Shown piece after piece: positions 1 through 14,215 of a DNA stretch of 64,000 nt. The stretch lies in NCBI GenBank assembly GCA_951406725.2, contig OX597814.1, positions 108,624,001-108,688,000 on the forward strand, given 5' to 3'. The notes below the pieces were generated by a model. The model was not told where the DNA came from and made no database searches. It saw nothing but the letters and a program-made list of their open reading frames with translations. The number at the start of each line of letters is the position of its first letter. Positions within the stretch are counted from its first letter, which is position 1. A program made the translations under genes and the position numbers. This DNA comes from Octopus vulgaris. Lineage: Eukaryota.

Positions 1-749
1 GAAGTACAGATAACCATATGATCGTTACCAAGTCATGTTCTGTGCATATATCACAAATCATTTTATTGAACTTGATTAGCTGAGACAGTTGACACCTCTC
101 ACTCGCAATGTCTTCTGGATATTCTGGTATTTAAAGTAAAAAAATATTTCCACAACTCGTGTCATCTTCGTAATTAAACAAGAAAGAAGGATTAACAGCA
201 CTTTTGCAGTTAAATAAATGAATTAACCAACGTTATTACCGAGAATGGACAATTCGAAGACCCAGTCTTCTATGACACAATTCTACGGATAAATTATATT
301 TGATCGAACTTAAAGAAACGAAAAATCTAAGTCGACCGTCGCTAAATTATAATTACATTAACTAAGAACTTTATTATAATATGATAGATTATATATTAAT
401 TTGTATTCATTATTTTATCCTTTACATATCAATTATATCGGTTTCTTAAAAATACGAAAATATCGCTAATAATAAATCAATATTTCATCAACTTTTCGAT
501 CTCGTACTTATTTCAGTTATTAGACTGCGGCCATGCTGGGGCACCACCTTAAAGAATTTTAGTCGAACGAATCGACTGCTGTTTTTGTTTTGTTTTTAAA
601 CCTGGTACACATTCTAGCAATTACTTTCGCCGAACCGCTAAGTTACCGGGACGTAAACACACCAACACGGGTTGTCAAGCAGTGGCGGGAGACAACACAG
701 ACACGCTTTTGTGTGTGTGTGTGTGTGAAGTTATCTACTGTCAGCGTTC

Positions 750-957
750 TCTTTTACTCTTTTACTTGTTTCAGTCATGTAACTGTGGCCATGCTGGAGT
801 ACCGCCTTTAGTCGAGCAAATCGACCCCAGGACTTATTCTTTGTAAGCCTAGTACTTATTCCATCGGTCTCTTTTGCCGAACCGCTAAGTTACGGGGACG
901 TAAACACACCAGCATCGATTGTCAAGCGATGTTGGGGAGACAAATACAGACAAACAT

Positions 958-994
<37 letters not shown>

Positions 995-1001
995 CACACA
1001 T

Positions 1002-1040
<39 letters not shown>

Positions 1041-1194
1041 GACAGGCGTCTTTCAGTTTCCGTCTACCAAATTCACTCACAAATCTTTGGTCGGCCCGAG
1101 GCTATAGTAGAAGACACTTGCCCAAGGTGCCACGCAGTGGGCTGAACCCGGAACCATGTGGTTGGTAAGCAAGCTACTTACCACACAGCCACTC
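750..1194 (-). mobile_element. tRNA-derived CORE-type SINE (family 1), full length, with internal (TA)/(CA) microsatellite
   Basis: Minus strand begins GAGTGGCTGTGTGGTAAG (A-box like) ... GGTTCAG(T)CCC (B-box like), then CORE-like CCTTGGGCAAGT and a (GAGTAAAA)n tail. About 20 copies or fragments in the window, e.g. 505-705, 14868-15250, 22590-22995, 23338-23735, 33255-34025, 57100-57900, 60370-60690. Confidence 0.85.
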
Positions 1195-1199
1195 TTTCG

Positions 1200-2662
1200 T
1201 TATTGTAGCTAATACGTTGTATATTGTTTCGTGTTATATTTAGAATAAATAATATATAAAACTGATTTTCTCTCTTGGAACTAAAGATACCCCAAACATC
1301 CGAGATATGAACGGAATTGCGGGCATTAATATAGACGAAGAAACAGGCGTTATTCTTAGTTTCTAAGGATTTTATAAATATCAAATGCCTTTGTGCGTGT
1401 GTTCCCGAACGCTTAATCCCATGTTAGGGCACGTGTGTGTGGTCGTCTGTATGTTTTGGTTAAACAATTTTGGGCTTCTCAGGATATGGTGGTGAAATAG
1501 ACAAGGGTGGAGAACTGGTGAAAATCATTATGGAGCTCGTAGGTACGATAAAATATACCTGCTTTCATGTGGGCAAGGGCTAAGTTTAGGTAGATATCTG
1601 GATACTGAGAGTTTTTAATATACTTTTTTTTTCCACTTTGCTATTCATAGCTTGCACTTTCTGCTATTTCTCAGAGATTTTTCCACTTTATGTTGTATTC
1701 CGTGCCTCTTTCCTTTAACGAGCATACGTGCCTGGCTAAGGCTGTGGCATTTCGTCTCTGGGGTATTGAAGGAAGACTTGGGGGGGTCTTTGTATCTGGT
1801 TCTAAAGGGACCTTCTTTCGCTCCCACATACAACCGCACGTTTAGTTGTTCATTCAGGCCTTTTGCTGTTACCTCTGCTCCATTTACGACTGTTTTCGTG
1901 TTACGGTGGTCATTAAGGGAACATGTGGTGTTACTTTTACATGAGCATACTGCCTGTGTCTCAGATATGTACCGACCTACTAGTATCTCTTTTACACTAG
2001 GTGCATAGCTAAAGGAAACTCCTAAGGTGAGCCTATTAAAAATTTTTCTGAACCTATTCGTACAGGGAAAGTATTTATCCTTGAAGCTAATAAAAATCTT
2101 ACCCATGCAATTTTTTACGCTTAAGGAGAAGACGTATATGACCCACAACACTTTCCGGTGACATTTTCTCTTGGAGGGGATTAAGGTTTGGCGTACAAGT
2201 AAGCCTATCCTTAAAACCGTTGGCAGCCAGAGCTTCATTGTCGTATAGGGTAGCAGCGTAAAAAATGTCTTTACTTGAAAATAGGTTGGAGATTCTTCTG
2301 CTGGTTTCCTTTACCAGGTCCTTGAACACTATGGGTGGATATCAGAACACTGTGTTAAAGTATGCCAGCTTCTCGCTTGGCTTTCTAAAAGTACGAAAGG
2401 CATCGGATTTCAAGTCCAAAGTCACATCAAGAAAATCCACTTTCTTCAGTTGGTTTCTACTATAACCTTGAGGCCAAGGGAAGTCATGATATTGGTGAGG
2501 TCCTTCATAAGCTTGTCGAGTGGGCGGTCGTTCACCCCTCTCAAAATTACCAGAGCATCGTCTTTGTAAAGACTAAACTCGTAGAAGGGAATTTTTTCTT
2601 AAAGCAAATTCAGGACGAAAAACCAACGAGATCACACACGCCAGCACAGTTAAATTCGCCAT
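1200..2662 (-). mobile_element. Degenerate Penelope-like retroelement (RT C-terminal part plus GIY-YIG endonuclease), frameshifted
   Basis: Minus-strand translation gives AGVCDLVG..., YKDD at 2557-2568, the thumb-like stretch FKDLVKETSRRISNLFSSKDIFYAA, and CSCKSNTTCSL...LYVGAKEGPFRTRY (Cys-rich linker plus GIY-YIG-like motif). The 3' boundary is approximate. Confidence 0.85.
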
Positions 2663-2965
2663 CCTGCGTTAGTGCGCTTTCAACATTGGTGCTTGACGCA
2701 GTCCTCAGGTTTGTGGCATCCTGTGACACTGTCCAACCCATGCTAGCATGCAAGACGGACCTTAAATGATGGCAATGATGCATATATTATATATCATCAA
2801 TGTGTCACATCCGAAAGAAGAGGCGCACTCTAAAGAATAGAGCAGCAATGTATTTACGTGCAGTTAAGTCTATGTCTGGTTATAGAGTGACCAAAGGTTT
2901 CACATCCATAAAGCCCCATGGATGACTCGTCCATGGGGTTAGGCCCTTTATGTATGCAAAATCAA

Positions 2966-3352
2966 AAGGAAAATAGAACAAGGTAGAAAATGCTAAAATC
3001 ATTTTATCAGGAAGAACATTTTAGTACCGGTTTCAGTCTTTGCGACTTTTTCAACTTAGAGTAAAGCATGAAAAATAATTAAATTGTGGAAAAATGAAAT
3101 GAAATGTTTTTTTAAAAATATTTCCATAGTTTTCACATACATGGGAATTTTCCTTTTTTCTGTCCCTCTCTCTCTCTCTTTTACTTTTGTGGAGGCTCAG
3201 TAGGTAGGTAGTAGCAGGTCTGAAGAAATATTTAATATGAGGGAAGTGGGTTCTTGGTTTTGATTGCTTAAGTCGCAAAGACTGAACCCGGTGCTAAAAT
3301 GTTCTTCATGATAAAATGATTTTAGCATTTTCTACCTTGTCCTATTTTCCTT
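2966..3352. repeat. Head-to-head inverted element (82-bp arms) carrying a U3:A8-type hammerhead relic
   Basis: 2966-3047 is the near-exact reverse complement of 3271-3352. Minus strand 3020-3058 reads TTGAAAA-AGTC-gcaaa-GACT-GAAA-CCGG-TA; stem I is poor. Confidence 0.75.
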
Positions 3353-3451
3353 ATACATATCAACTTGTGTTACTTTTCAAACTTAAGAACACGCTAAGTT
3401 ATAGAGCAGTAGAGTAATTAAAAAAAAGAGATAGTTATGGCCGATCTATGG

Positions 3452-3508
3452 GGTCACCCTAGATTTCACGTCCATAAAGCTCTTAGCTTTAAGGCGTTTC
3501 TTCAGACC
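3452..3508 (-). ncRNA. Degenerate hammerhead motif with a long stem II
   Basis: GGT-CTGAAGA-aacgccttaaagc-taaga-gctttatggacgt-GAAA-tctagg-GTG-ACC. The cleavage triplet is mutated. Relatives at 2884-2916, 40392-40450 and 58763-58824. Confidence 0.5.
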
Positions 3509-4498
3509 TATATATATATAATGCATTTATCATTCTTATTAGTGAAGTCTCTCATACACAATGTCTTATATTCTAGCAGACAATTATATCGTCCCGATTC
3601 TTCAACCTTCTATTCTGTGAAGATCTGGAGTTGTATAGATAACAAAATTTATTTTCCTGAAATCGAACGCAAATGGAAAGATTCGATTCCAACGATGAGA
3701 TAATACTGGTCAGTTGAAGACGTTGTTCACTTACACAACCGTTCTTCTTGACAGATAAAAAAAAAAAAAGAGGGGGAATGACGTCAACTCCTCGCACCGA
3801 CACTCTGGAGACCGATACTGAAGGTTTGCCGTTAAATGATATTGCAAAAACTTGTTTAAGGCCGTGATAACATTGCTTTGTCACTTAATTGAGAGAGAGA
3901 TAATGTAGTTTCATATTTAATCGAGAGAAATAACAATGTAGCCTGAATCAATGTTCTCGATCGAAAATCACAACCAGACCGCCTTCTCCTATCGCCGTTG
4001 GTTTGCTGCCTCTCGCTCATTTATTTCTAATTATAGAAAGGAAAGAAATTCCTGATTTATGCTATTCTGGGGGAAGAAAACTGGGTCAAGTGTTTAATAA
4101 AGCGTCTCGGGGTTATCAGGTAACTAAGAAATATAGATGCAACAACAAGTAGGTTTAGATAGAAAGATGGAATCAAGAGAAGTAAATGTCAAGAAAGGAA
4201 ACTGGGACCGAATTTTACGAAGGGCCAACGGATGGAGGAGATCTTATAGTTTTGTATAAAGCTTTTCATGACCCCAGTACTGTACACACACACACACACA
4301 GATTAACATACAGTTTAGGGGTTTGAAGAATAAATCAAAAAATTGGTTGGAAGTCAAGGTAACATGTCATAATTCAATGTAAATAAATCTACGTGACATA
4401 ACTAATGCATAAAACGCAGATGTATTTATATTACATGAAAACTACACACACACGCACGCACGCACGCACGCGCACACACACACACACACACACACAGA

Positions 4499-5170
4499 CA
4501 GAGGATGCAATGAGTAAATTGCCGACATTTTATATTTTTAATTTTACGCATGCGCAATATTTGTTTTCGATTTTGTCGACTACACAGTATGGTAGGGGCA
4601 GTTGAACACTGTCTGTGAGAGAAACAGCACCATAAAACAATTCACTCTGCCAGAATTTTGGAAACAAGTTGTACTACTTGGCATTCGTGCCGGAAGCTCC
4701 AATACGAACATTTCAGAGTGTTTGAGTGTCAATCTGAGGACTGATAAAAATCAATCATCCAGTCAACATCATGGTGTTTGAAGTGATCACTAGTGATGGT
4801 GACGTTATGCCTCCATTCATCTTCCCACACAGCCTCAGACTAACATAGAGACGTACATCAAGTACCTGGAAGAGGTAGTGCTGCCCTGGGTCAAGTCAAG
4901 AAGGTGGCTGCTGGAAGACCCTATGTCTGGCAACACAATGCCACACAAACAGGAGAACCTAGTCATGGCAGTCAGAGAATTTCCGCGACCACATCACTCC
5001 TACTCCCTATACTGCAACCCCCTTGATTATTATGAGTGGGGCGCAGTTGAGCGAGAGACCAACAAAACTCCTTGCAAAACAAAAGATGAACTGAAGGCAA
5101 GGATTAGGGCAGCATACACCAACTTAAACGAGGAGAGTTTCCAGAAGAGTGGCAAGAGATTCTGAAGTTG
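4499..5170 (+). mobile_element. Tc1/mariner-superfamily (maT/DD37D-like) transposon relic, internally deleted
   Basis: Translates to IMVFEVITSDGDVMPPFIFP...LEEVVLPWVK...CNPLDYYEWGAVERETNK (SPDxNPLDY-like motif) with frameshifts. Confidence 0.8.
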
Positions 5171-5503
5171 ACATTGTTTCCTTACACTGGCGCTCTGTGG
5201 ACCAATACCGAAGGAATGCCTAAAATGAAAATAAGTACAAGGTTAACATGCAGTTTATCATCAAAAGTGTTAGAGCAAAATGACCTAAAGACACAGTAAA
5301 TTGCAATGGAAATCAGAATTGACAACAAAAGGGCTATGGATGCTTGCCAAGTAGAAACCGAGGCAAGAATGTGGACTTATGGTGATTTATTTACATCATA
5401 TCTTCATGATCATGTGTGGTGAAACAAATTTAGAGATTGTGTATGTGTGCATGTATATCTATATATGTGCAAGTTTGGATATGTGTGTACATACATACAT
5501 ATA

Positions 5504-7150
5504 CCGTGTTTCCCCGAAAATAAGCCCTTCCATGATTTTTCAGGATGTTTTTGATATAAGCCCTACCTGAAAATAAGACCTAGTCAAAAATGCATCAGCT
5601 TGTTTGTAAGACCATGTGCTGTTTGCAAAATAAACCATCTACCTCAGTTTGGTGAATGTCTATGCTAAGCGCACATGCACAGGGTTCTCTCTCATGGCTT
5701 GACTCCCTTGTTCCCCTGGCAAGATGAGTGCAAAATGATATAGTTATTCCATGGAGTACAAGAAAGGAATTGTGGAAGAGTAAGGAGATGTTGGATCTCC
5801 GAATGGTTTGAAAATGGCGAGTAAAGTACTATAATCTCAGCAGACAGGTGGATGAGGGAAGTGCTAAGAAACGCAGGTATGGATCAGGTTGATAACCATT
5901 AGCTGGAAGATATCACCTGGGGATGGATTACTGACAGAACAAAGGCCTTGGTTGTGTGCAGGGCCAATATTCAAGAATTTGCTCTTGCAATGGCACCACA
6001 GTTGGATATACTTCCCAGAGATATTCAAAGCATCACCTCAGTGGTTGGATAAATTCCTTCAGCGATACAAAACCTCTCTAAGATCAACAACACTGTTCAA
6101 GCTGGAGGATGCTGGAGTGATTCAATGGGCACTTGCATTCAAGTCCTTTATAGACGGCATCAACTTTTCTAAATACAATCTCTCCGATATAATTGCTATG
6201 GATGAGACTCATCAATGTACGTTGCTTTGTCAATCTATGTTGCCTCAACAGATTACAAAAGTGCAAGAGTTACTTGTATTTGAGCAATTCATCTTGATGG
6301 AGCAAAAGTCCCACCGTTTATCATCACAAAGGGCAAAAAAAGAGAAAATTGAATGAGTTTTGGGCATTTGTGTCCTTGAAGCGGAAAAAGCTTGGTGAAC
6401 ACAAACTGTTATAAGAAAATGGGTTGATTTAACTATGCCATTTATTTTATGTGGTTCTCAAAGAGGTATTTTAGTCTAGGATTTGGCCAGTATTCATTGT
6501 GCAAAAGACATGAAAGCCTTCTTTTATGAAAGAAGAATTGACCACATAATGATTACCGCAGGAATGATTTCATAACTACAAACATTAGATCTTGTAATAA
6601 ACAAGCCCTTCAAGGATTATTTGCAGATGGAAATGAATGAATATACCGAAAACAGAATAGAGAGAAATCAGTGTGGAAACTTTGTCAAACTCAACCTCCA
6701 AAAAGGCTAGAATTGGGTGAAGAATTCATGGAATAATATTACCGACAGTTGCGTTGCCAATGCTCTATGAGCAGGGTACTTGGGCAAAAAGTATTCATTT
6801 AAGGAAAGTTATATTGCCAAACATGAGTGATTGGGGTCCATGATTCTACAGGAAATGGATTTACAAGAAATTCAGTCTAAAGTTCAGGGTTTGAAGATTT
6901 ATGACAATGTTCCAGAGGAAGATGAAATGTTTGTGCTTGACCAAAAACAATAAGCAAATAAATAAGCTTTTGATAAGTAAAAACATGGGTTTCCTTTCTA
7001 CAATTTTTTTCCTTTTACACAAGATGAGACTTTTTGGTCTTTCTTGGATTATTTCACAAAAATATAAGACATCCCCCCAAAATAAGCCCTAGTGTGTTTT
7101 TTGGATGCAAAATTAATATAAGACCAGGTCTTATCTGTGGAGAACCATGG
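5504..7150 (+). mobile_element. pogo/Tc2-type DNA transposon, near full length, transposase pseudogenised
   Basis: Left end TA|CCGTGTTTCCCCGAAAATAAG; degenerate right end GGTCTTATCTGTGGAGAACCATGG; subterminal AATAAGCCCT/ATAAGACC repeats. CENP-B HTH-like FKASPQWLDKFLQRY and DDE motifs IIAMDET and LQTLDLVINKPFKDYL. Confidence 0.85.
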
Positions 7151-7723
7151 AATGTGGTTGAGAAGCATCATTCCCAACCAAGTGGTTTCAAGTTCAGTCC
7201 TCCTGTGTGGAACTTTGGGCAAGGGTCTTCTACCTTAACCCCAGGCCAAACAATGCTTTATGAGTGGTTTATTTAGTAGATGTTTCAACATCAAATGAAT
7301 GGTGTGCACCAGTCCAGACCATGATGGAAACTGAGAAATAAGAAAAGATAAGACATTAGCAACATGAAGACACCATTACAACTTGACTAAGTTCACTGGT
7401 GCCACACCAAATGGCCATGGAGAATAAAGAAAGTTCCGCTCATACTGTGTGTGTGCATATCATCATCATCATCATCATCATCGTCGTCGTTTAACACCTG
7501 TTCTCCATGCTGGCATAGGTTGGACAGTTTGACTGAGGACTGGTGAGCCAGAGGCTACACCAGGCTCCAATCTGACCTGGTAACGTTTCTACAGCTGGAT
7601 GCCCTTCCTAACACCAACCACTCTGAGAGTGTAGTGGGTGCTTTTATGTGCCACCGGCATGAGGGCCAGTCAGGCGGTTCATCACCTAACTGTCTGGATG
7701 TTTTGTGTTCTTGTTCCATTTTG

Positions 7724-7762
<39 letters not shown>

Positions 7763-7766
<4 letters not shown>

Positions 7767-7893
7767 AAGTTTAGAGGACTGACCATTAAAGGTGGACAGC
7801 CTATATGCTAAACATAGATGTCAAATCACCATTGACGTCTATGTTTAGCATATAGGCTGTCTACCTTTAATGGTCAGTCCTCTAAATTTTGTA
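7763..7893. repeat. Near-perfect hairpin, 62-bp arms with a 7-nt loop, next to (TA)n
   Basis: 7763-7824 versus 7832-7893 differ at 3 positions. Confidence 0.9.
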
Positions 7894-7930
7894 TGTAAAA
7901 CAATTTTTAATCTTCGGATTTTTTTAAAAT

Positions 7931-9090
7931 ATGGAAGGCTAACTAGGAAGATAGTTTTTGTATGTGGCAGATGCTCAGGAGCAATAAACACTGAAAATGC
8001 GCAGAGAGCAACTTCCGCCACATTCCAGGGAGAAAAACTAGAAATAGTTGATAGCTTCTGTTACCTAGGTGACCAAGTCAGTAGCTGGGGCGGGTGTGTT
8101 GAAAGTGTAACTGCTAGAGTAAGAATAGCTTGGGCAAAGTTCAGAGAGCTCTTACCTCTGCTAGGGACAAAAGGCCTCTCGCTCAGAGTAAAAGGCAGAC
8201 TGTATGATGCATGTGTATGAACAGCCATGCTACCTGGCAGTGAAACATGGGCCGTGACTGCTGAGGATATGCGTAAGCTCACAAGAAATGAAGCCAGTAT
8301 GCTCCGATGGATGTGTAATATCAGTGTTCATACTCGACAGAGTGTAAGTACCTTGAGAGAAAAGTTGGACCTAAGAAGTATCAGTTGCGGTGTGCAAGAG
8401 AGACGTTTGCGCTGGTATGGCCATGTGGCGAGAATAGATGAAGATAATTGTGTGAAAAAGTGCCACACCCTAGCTGTTGAGGGAACCTGTGGAAGAGGCA
8501 GACCCAGGAAAACCTGAGATGAGGTGGTGAAGCACGACCTTCGAACTTTAGGTCTCACCGAGGAAATGACTGGAGACCGAGACCTTTGGAAGTATGCTGT
8601 GCGTGAGAAGACCCGGCAGGACAAGTGAGACCATAACCCATGGCTTTAGTCCACTTATGCATACCTTTCCTTCTTGGGACACAAAACTCTACTTGTGAAG
8701 ACCTGTTGAGGCAAGTGAAAATCAAAATCAAAATCAAAAATCAAAATCGATCAACATAAATGGAAATTGTAGCTGTGATACCAGTGCCGGTGGCACATAA
8801 GAGAACCATCCAAACGTGACCGTTGCCAGTGCCGCCCTGACTGGTTTCTGTGCCGGTGGCACGTAAAAAGCACCATCCGATCGTGGCCGTTGCCAGCCTC
8901 GCCTGGCACGTAAAAAGCACCCACTACACTCATGGAGTGGTTGGCATTAGGAAGGGCATCCAGCTGTAGAAACATTGCCAGATCAGACTGGGCCTGGTGC
9001 AGCCTTCTGGCTTCCCAGACCCCAGTTGCAACGTCCAACCCATGCCAGCATGGAAAGCGGACGCTAAACGATGATGATGATGATGATGAT
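7931..9090 (+). mobile_element. RTE-clade LINE, 5'-truncated (RT C-terminus, 3'UTR, (GAT)n tail)
   Basis: LEIVDSFCYLGDQV...RRLRWYGHVAR...RGRPRKT; nearly identical to 47105-48330; contains in-frame stops. Confidence 0.9.
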
Positions 9091-9136
9091 GCTAAGCCAC
9101 TGGTTTTAATTGATTAATATCAATTTCTACTCTTAT

Positions 9137-9190
<54 letters not shown>

Positions 9191-9648
9191 GTATGTATAA
9201 ATAAGGATAAGACCGTTATCTAAATAATGATCAAATCAAGTGAGATTATCCAATTTTTACTAGTTTATTTGTCTATTTGTCTTCTCACCTTGTGATGTGG
9301 TTTAAGAGTCAGGTTTTGACTGCTACTTCAAGCAGGGCTGGTATCTCTTAGATACCCTTATTCATAATTTCATATATATTGTACACACATACTCACACAC
9401 ACACACACACACATAAAGGAAAGAATGGCAAAGTACATATTCTGATCACATCTCACTAATAATGGATGACTGAAAACAGGAATTTATCTCTGGCTATGTA
9501 TATCATGTGCTTGCATGGCCAATCCTGAGTTATGCTCTCTGTTTCTCTATGTCTCTTACTCTCTCTGTATATATCTATATATATATGTATGTACATGTAT
9601 GTATGTATGTATGGATGGATGGATGGATGGATGGATGTACACACACAC

Positions 9649-9710
<62 letters not shown>

Positions 9711-11065
9711 ACACAATGTTCTAACGGTTTATTTACAAATGTCTAATTATGAGAGAAACATCATGGATGAATTTGTAATGTGATCGGTTGAGAAAGCAAG
9801 TGACTTCCAAATAGAATTTATGGCCACTAACAACATTCGTTTGCTGTAATGCATGTAACGAAGCCAAATGAGATTAAAGATGCTCGTTTCTTGAGATTTA
9901 TTGTAATAGGTGTTATTAACATATTGATTGTTCAAGAAGTGCATTGTCTTCCACATCACTGATGGAATGACCAAAGTGTAGGAGACTAATTGTGGTCATA
10001 AGACTAATCTTGCTATTCCTAGATTACGTACAAACAGATGGAATCGCTCCAGAACTCATTGACCAAAGTGTAAAAGAGAGCGGGGCACAAAATTTAATTC
10101 TGCTTCAGTTTTAACCAACTTAATAGAAATGTCTTCTGTTATAATTCCGTCATCATCATCGTCATTGTTTAACATCTGCTTTCCATGCTGGCATGGGTTG
10201 GACGGCTTGACTGAGAGCTGGCAAGCCAGAAGGCTGTACCAGGCTCCAACCTGATCTGGTAATGTTTCTACAGCTGGATGACTTTCCTAACACCAACCAC
10301 TCTGAGAGTGCAGTGAGTGCTTTTTACATGTCATTTGCATGAGGGCCAGTCAGGCGGCACTGGCATCAACCATGCTTGAATGGTGCCTTTTACATTCCAC
10401 TGGCACAGGACAGTCAGTTGGCACTGGCATCGACCACACTCAAATGGTGCTTTATATGTGCCACTGGCACGGGACCAGTCAGGCAACACTAGCATTGACC
10501 ATGCTTGAATGGTTCTTTTTACATGTCACTGGCACAGGACCAGTCAGGCAGCACTGGCATCAACCACGCTGGATGTGTTTATTTTAATGATCCTGGAAGT
10601 ATGGAAAACAAAACCGATCCTGGCAAGATTTGAACTTAGAATGTAAAGGTCTGTTATTAAAAACTGCTGGCATTTTATTGAATGTCCTAAGGATTTCTGC
10701 TGACCAAAGTAGCACCAGAACTAATTATTGATTTCAAATTTTAGTACAAGACCAGTAAGTAGTGTCAGTTGATTACATTGACTTCAATATGCAACTGGTA
10801 CTTAATTTATTGACACTGAAAGGCAAAGTCAAGCTAGGCAGAACTTGAACCCAGAATGTAAAGACAGACAAAATGCCACTAAGCATTTTTCCCAGTGTGC
10901 TAACCATTCTGCCAGCCTTACCACAACTAATTGTTGAACACATGAAATGCAAATACTAATGATCTGGTAATTTTCTTGTTTTCTATAATTAACATAAGAT
11001 TTAAATCACTCTACCAGAGGATTCTACCAGATCACTTGTCACCACTCACACACACACACAAGCCT

Positions 11066-12470
11066 CCTGGCTTCCCAGACCCCAATCTGATCTGGCAGTG
11101 TTTCTACAGCTGGATGCCCTTCCTAACGCCAACCACTCCGTGAGTGTAGTGGATCCTTTTTACGTACCACTGGCAGAGGAGCCAGGGGAAGCTGGCAGCA
11201 GCCATGATCGGTTGGTGCTTTTTATGTGCTACCGGCATGGAAGCCAGTCAAGGCGGCACTGGCATCGGCCACGTTCAGATGGTGCTTTTTATGTGCCACC
11301 GGCACAGGTATCACAACTACAACTTCCATTTGATATTTATTTTGATGTTGGTGTACTTGACTCAATAGGTCTCCTCAAGCACAGCAGGTCACCCTACAAT
11401 CCAAGATAGGCACAGCAGGTCGTTCTGCAATCCAAGGTACTTTGGATGGCTGGGGCTGCTATGTGAAACTGGTGCGGAAACAGCAATGAACTCACATTAT
11501 TTGTTGGGTCTTTGCAGTCACAGCATATCTCCAGATATCCCAGTCTTTCGTCATTGCCTCTATGAGGCCCTGCGTTCGAAGGTCATGCTTGACCACCTCA
11601 TCCATGTCTTCCTGGGTCTACCTCTCCCCCAAATTCCTTCAACTGTTTGGGAGTGGCACTTCTTCGCACATCTCTCCTCATCCATCCACAGTACATGACC
11701 ATACCAGCACAAATATCTCTCTTGCATGCCACATCTGATGCTTCTTATGTCCAGCATTTCTCTCAGGGTGCTTACACACTGTCATGCATGGACACTGCCA
11801 TTACACATCCAGCTGATCATGCTAGCTTAATTTCTTTCAAGCCTACATATGTCCTCTGCAGTCACAGCCCATGTTTCACTACCGTGAAGCATGGCAGTTC
11901 GCACACATGCACCGTTCAATCTACCTTTCACTCTGAGTGAGAGACCCTTTGTCACCAGTAGGGGAAGAAGCTTTCTAAACTTTGCCCAGGCTATTCTTAT
12001 TCTAGTGGTGACACTCTCTGAGCATCCACCTCCACTACTAACTTGGTCACCTAGGTAGCGGAAACTATCAACTAAATCTAGTTTCTCCCTCTGGAGTGTA
12101 ATGGAATCTATTTTCTGAGTATCAATGGTGTCTATTGCCCCTGTGCATCTGCTGCACACGAAAGCTATCTTCTCGGTTAATTTTCCTCTGATGGTGCTGC
12201 ACCTCTTACGTGTCCATAGCTTACACTGGGTACATCTTATGGAGTTTCTACAGATCGAGCAGGGCCACCTACCTGATGGGGTGTGTGATGAGTTCGCCTT
12301 CCTACTTACTATAACTTTGGTCTTTGCTACATTTACTCTAAGGCCTTTTGATTCTAAACCTAGCTTCCACACCCGAAATTTCTTTTCTAGTTCCGGTAGT
12401 GATTCTGCTATGAGGGCCAGGTCATCAGCATAGAGGAGCTCCCAGGAGCAACCCGTCTTGAATTCCTTTG
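11066..12470 (-). mobile_element. RTE-clade LINE fragment, related subfamily with a different 3'UTR
   Basis: ELLYADDLAL...GLRVNVAKTKV...DSFRYLGDQV...WYGHV...RGRPRKTW, with frameshifts. Confidence 0.9.
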
Positions 12471-12892
12471 TTATTGGTTATATATATATATATATATATA
12501 TATTTCTGGCACATAAAAAGCACCCACTACACTCTTGGAGTGGTTGGCATTAGGAAGGGCATCCAGCTGTAGAAACATTGCCAGATGAGATTGGAGCCTG
12601 GTGCAGCCGCTGGCCCTCCAGATCTCTGTCAAACCATCAAACCCATGCCAGCATGGAAAACAGACGTTAAACAATGATGATGATATAAATATATATATAT
12701 GCATGCGAAGGTCTTCTTTCAGCTTCCTACCAAATCCACTCTCAAGCCTTTCGTTAGTCTGGGGCTGTAGATGAAGACACAAGCCCAAAGTGCCATACTC
12801 CTTAACCATATATTGTACCATTCTTTTTATCTCTGGTGTCTACTTTGACTCCTATTAGAATTGCACCAAATTAACCAAATTGGTTCCCTACA

Positions 12893-12927
<35 letters not shown>

Positions 12928-13264
12928 CTAAGATTTATCATTTACTCTGAATTTTCCTTATACAGTTTTCTTTATATTTTTCAAGAACATTTAAATATTT
13001 TTCTCCTTGATTTTTTCTTAAATTATTTATTTTTCACTCAAAACCATTCAGTAAATTCTTCTGCCTGTTTTTGATCTATGCCTTGCCGTTTTGAATATTT
13101 TGTGAAAATGTCTGGTCTTTCTTTATGGTGTTGATCAGTCTTTGCCACTCATGGCTAATAATCTATATTTACCTTAATATTCACTGTTTTAAATTTACCT
13201 GAATATGAATATTTGAAGCATAACTTAATAAGATAAATGGAATTGGTGTTTTGAGCATTGCCTC

Positions 13265-13304
13265 TGTGTGTGTGTGAGGGGCGGAGAGGAATGTAGAGAT
13301 TTAC

Positions 13305-13335
<31 letters not shown>

Positions 13336-13375
13336 TAAAACAAAAGAATAGATAGACAGACAGACAGACAAACAG

Positions 13376-13429
<54 letters not shown>

Positions 13430-13611
13430 GGGGAAATAGAAAAAGACACAGAATAGAGCAAGACATGGAATGGGGAGAGAGAGAGGGACAGAAGAGAGAG
13501 AGAGAGAGAGTATTTCTTTATTCACCATAAGGTTGAGAAAAAGAGGGGACAAAACAAACGTTGGAGAGAGAGAGAGAGAGAGAGAGAAAGATGAAGGACA
13601 AAGGAATAGGC

Positions 13612-13642
<31 letters not shown>

Positions 13643-13962
13643 AAAGAAAGATTTACAGAGTGAAGTTGAAAGAGATAGACAGAAACAAAAGCCGATAGAG
13701 ATAGAGAGACAGTGTGAGTAATAGAGAGAGAGAGAGAGATAAAGAAATAAACAGAAGAGACAGACACAGAGTATAGCGAGAGAGAGAGAGAGAGAATGAG
13801 AGAGGGGACAAAGGGATAGAGAGAGGGACAGAAACAAAGGGATAATTACAAAGAGATAGAGATAGTGACAAACGGATATAAAGATAGAGAGAGACAAACA
13901 AAAAGTAACAAAGGGAGAGAGAGAGAGAAAGAGAGAAAGAAAGAGAGACAGACAAACAGTAA

Positions 13963-14007
<45 letters not shown>

Positions 14008-14164
14008 TGTGTGTGTATTTTGTGTTAAGACATATTTAGACATAATCACAATTCAGGTGGACATATTTAACTTCTTGAAACAATTTGGTTCTGAAAATGT
14101 CTCCCTGTGTGTGTGTGTGTGCGTGCGCGTGCGTGTGCGTGCTTGTGTGCGTGCTTGTGTGCGC

Positions 14165-14195
<31 letters not shown>

Positions 14196-14215
14196 GGTGT
14201 GTGTGTGTGTGTGTG
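13265..14215. repeat. Compound (GA)n/(GATA)n/(GT)n microsatellite field
   Basis: Direct inspection. Confidence 0.9.

Noticed and set aside
3960-4125. Possible promoter or first exon ending CAG|GTAACT
   Set aside because: Only a single donor-like site and mild CpG retention; not enough to call.
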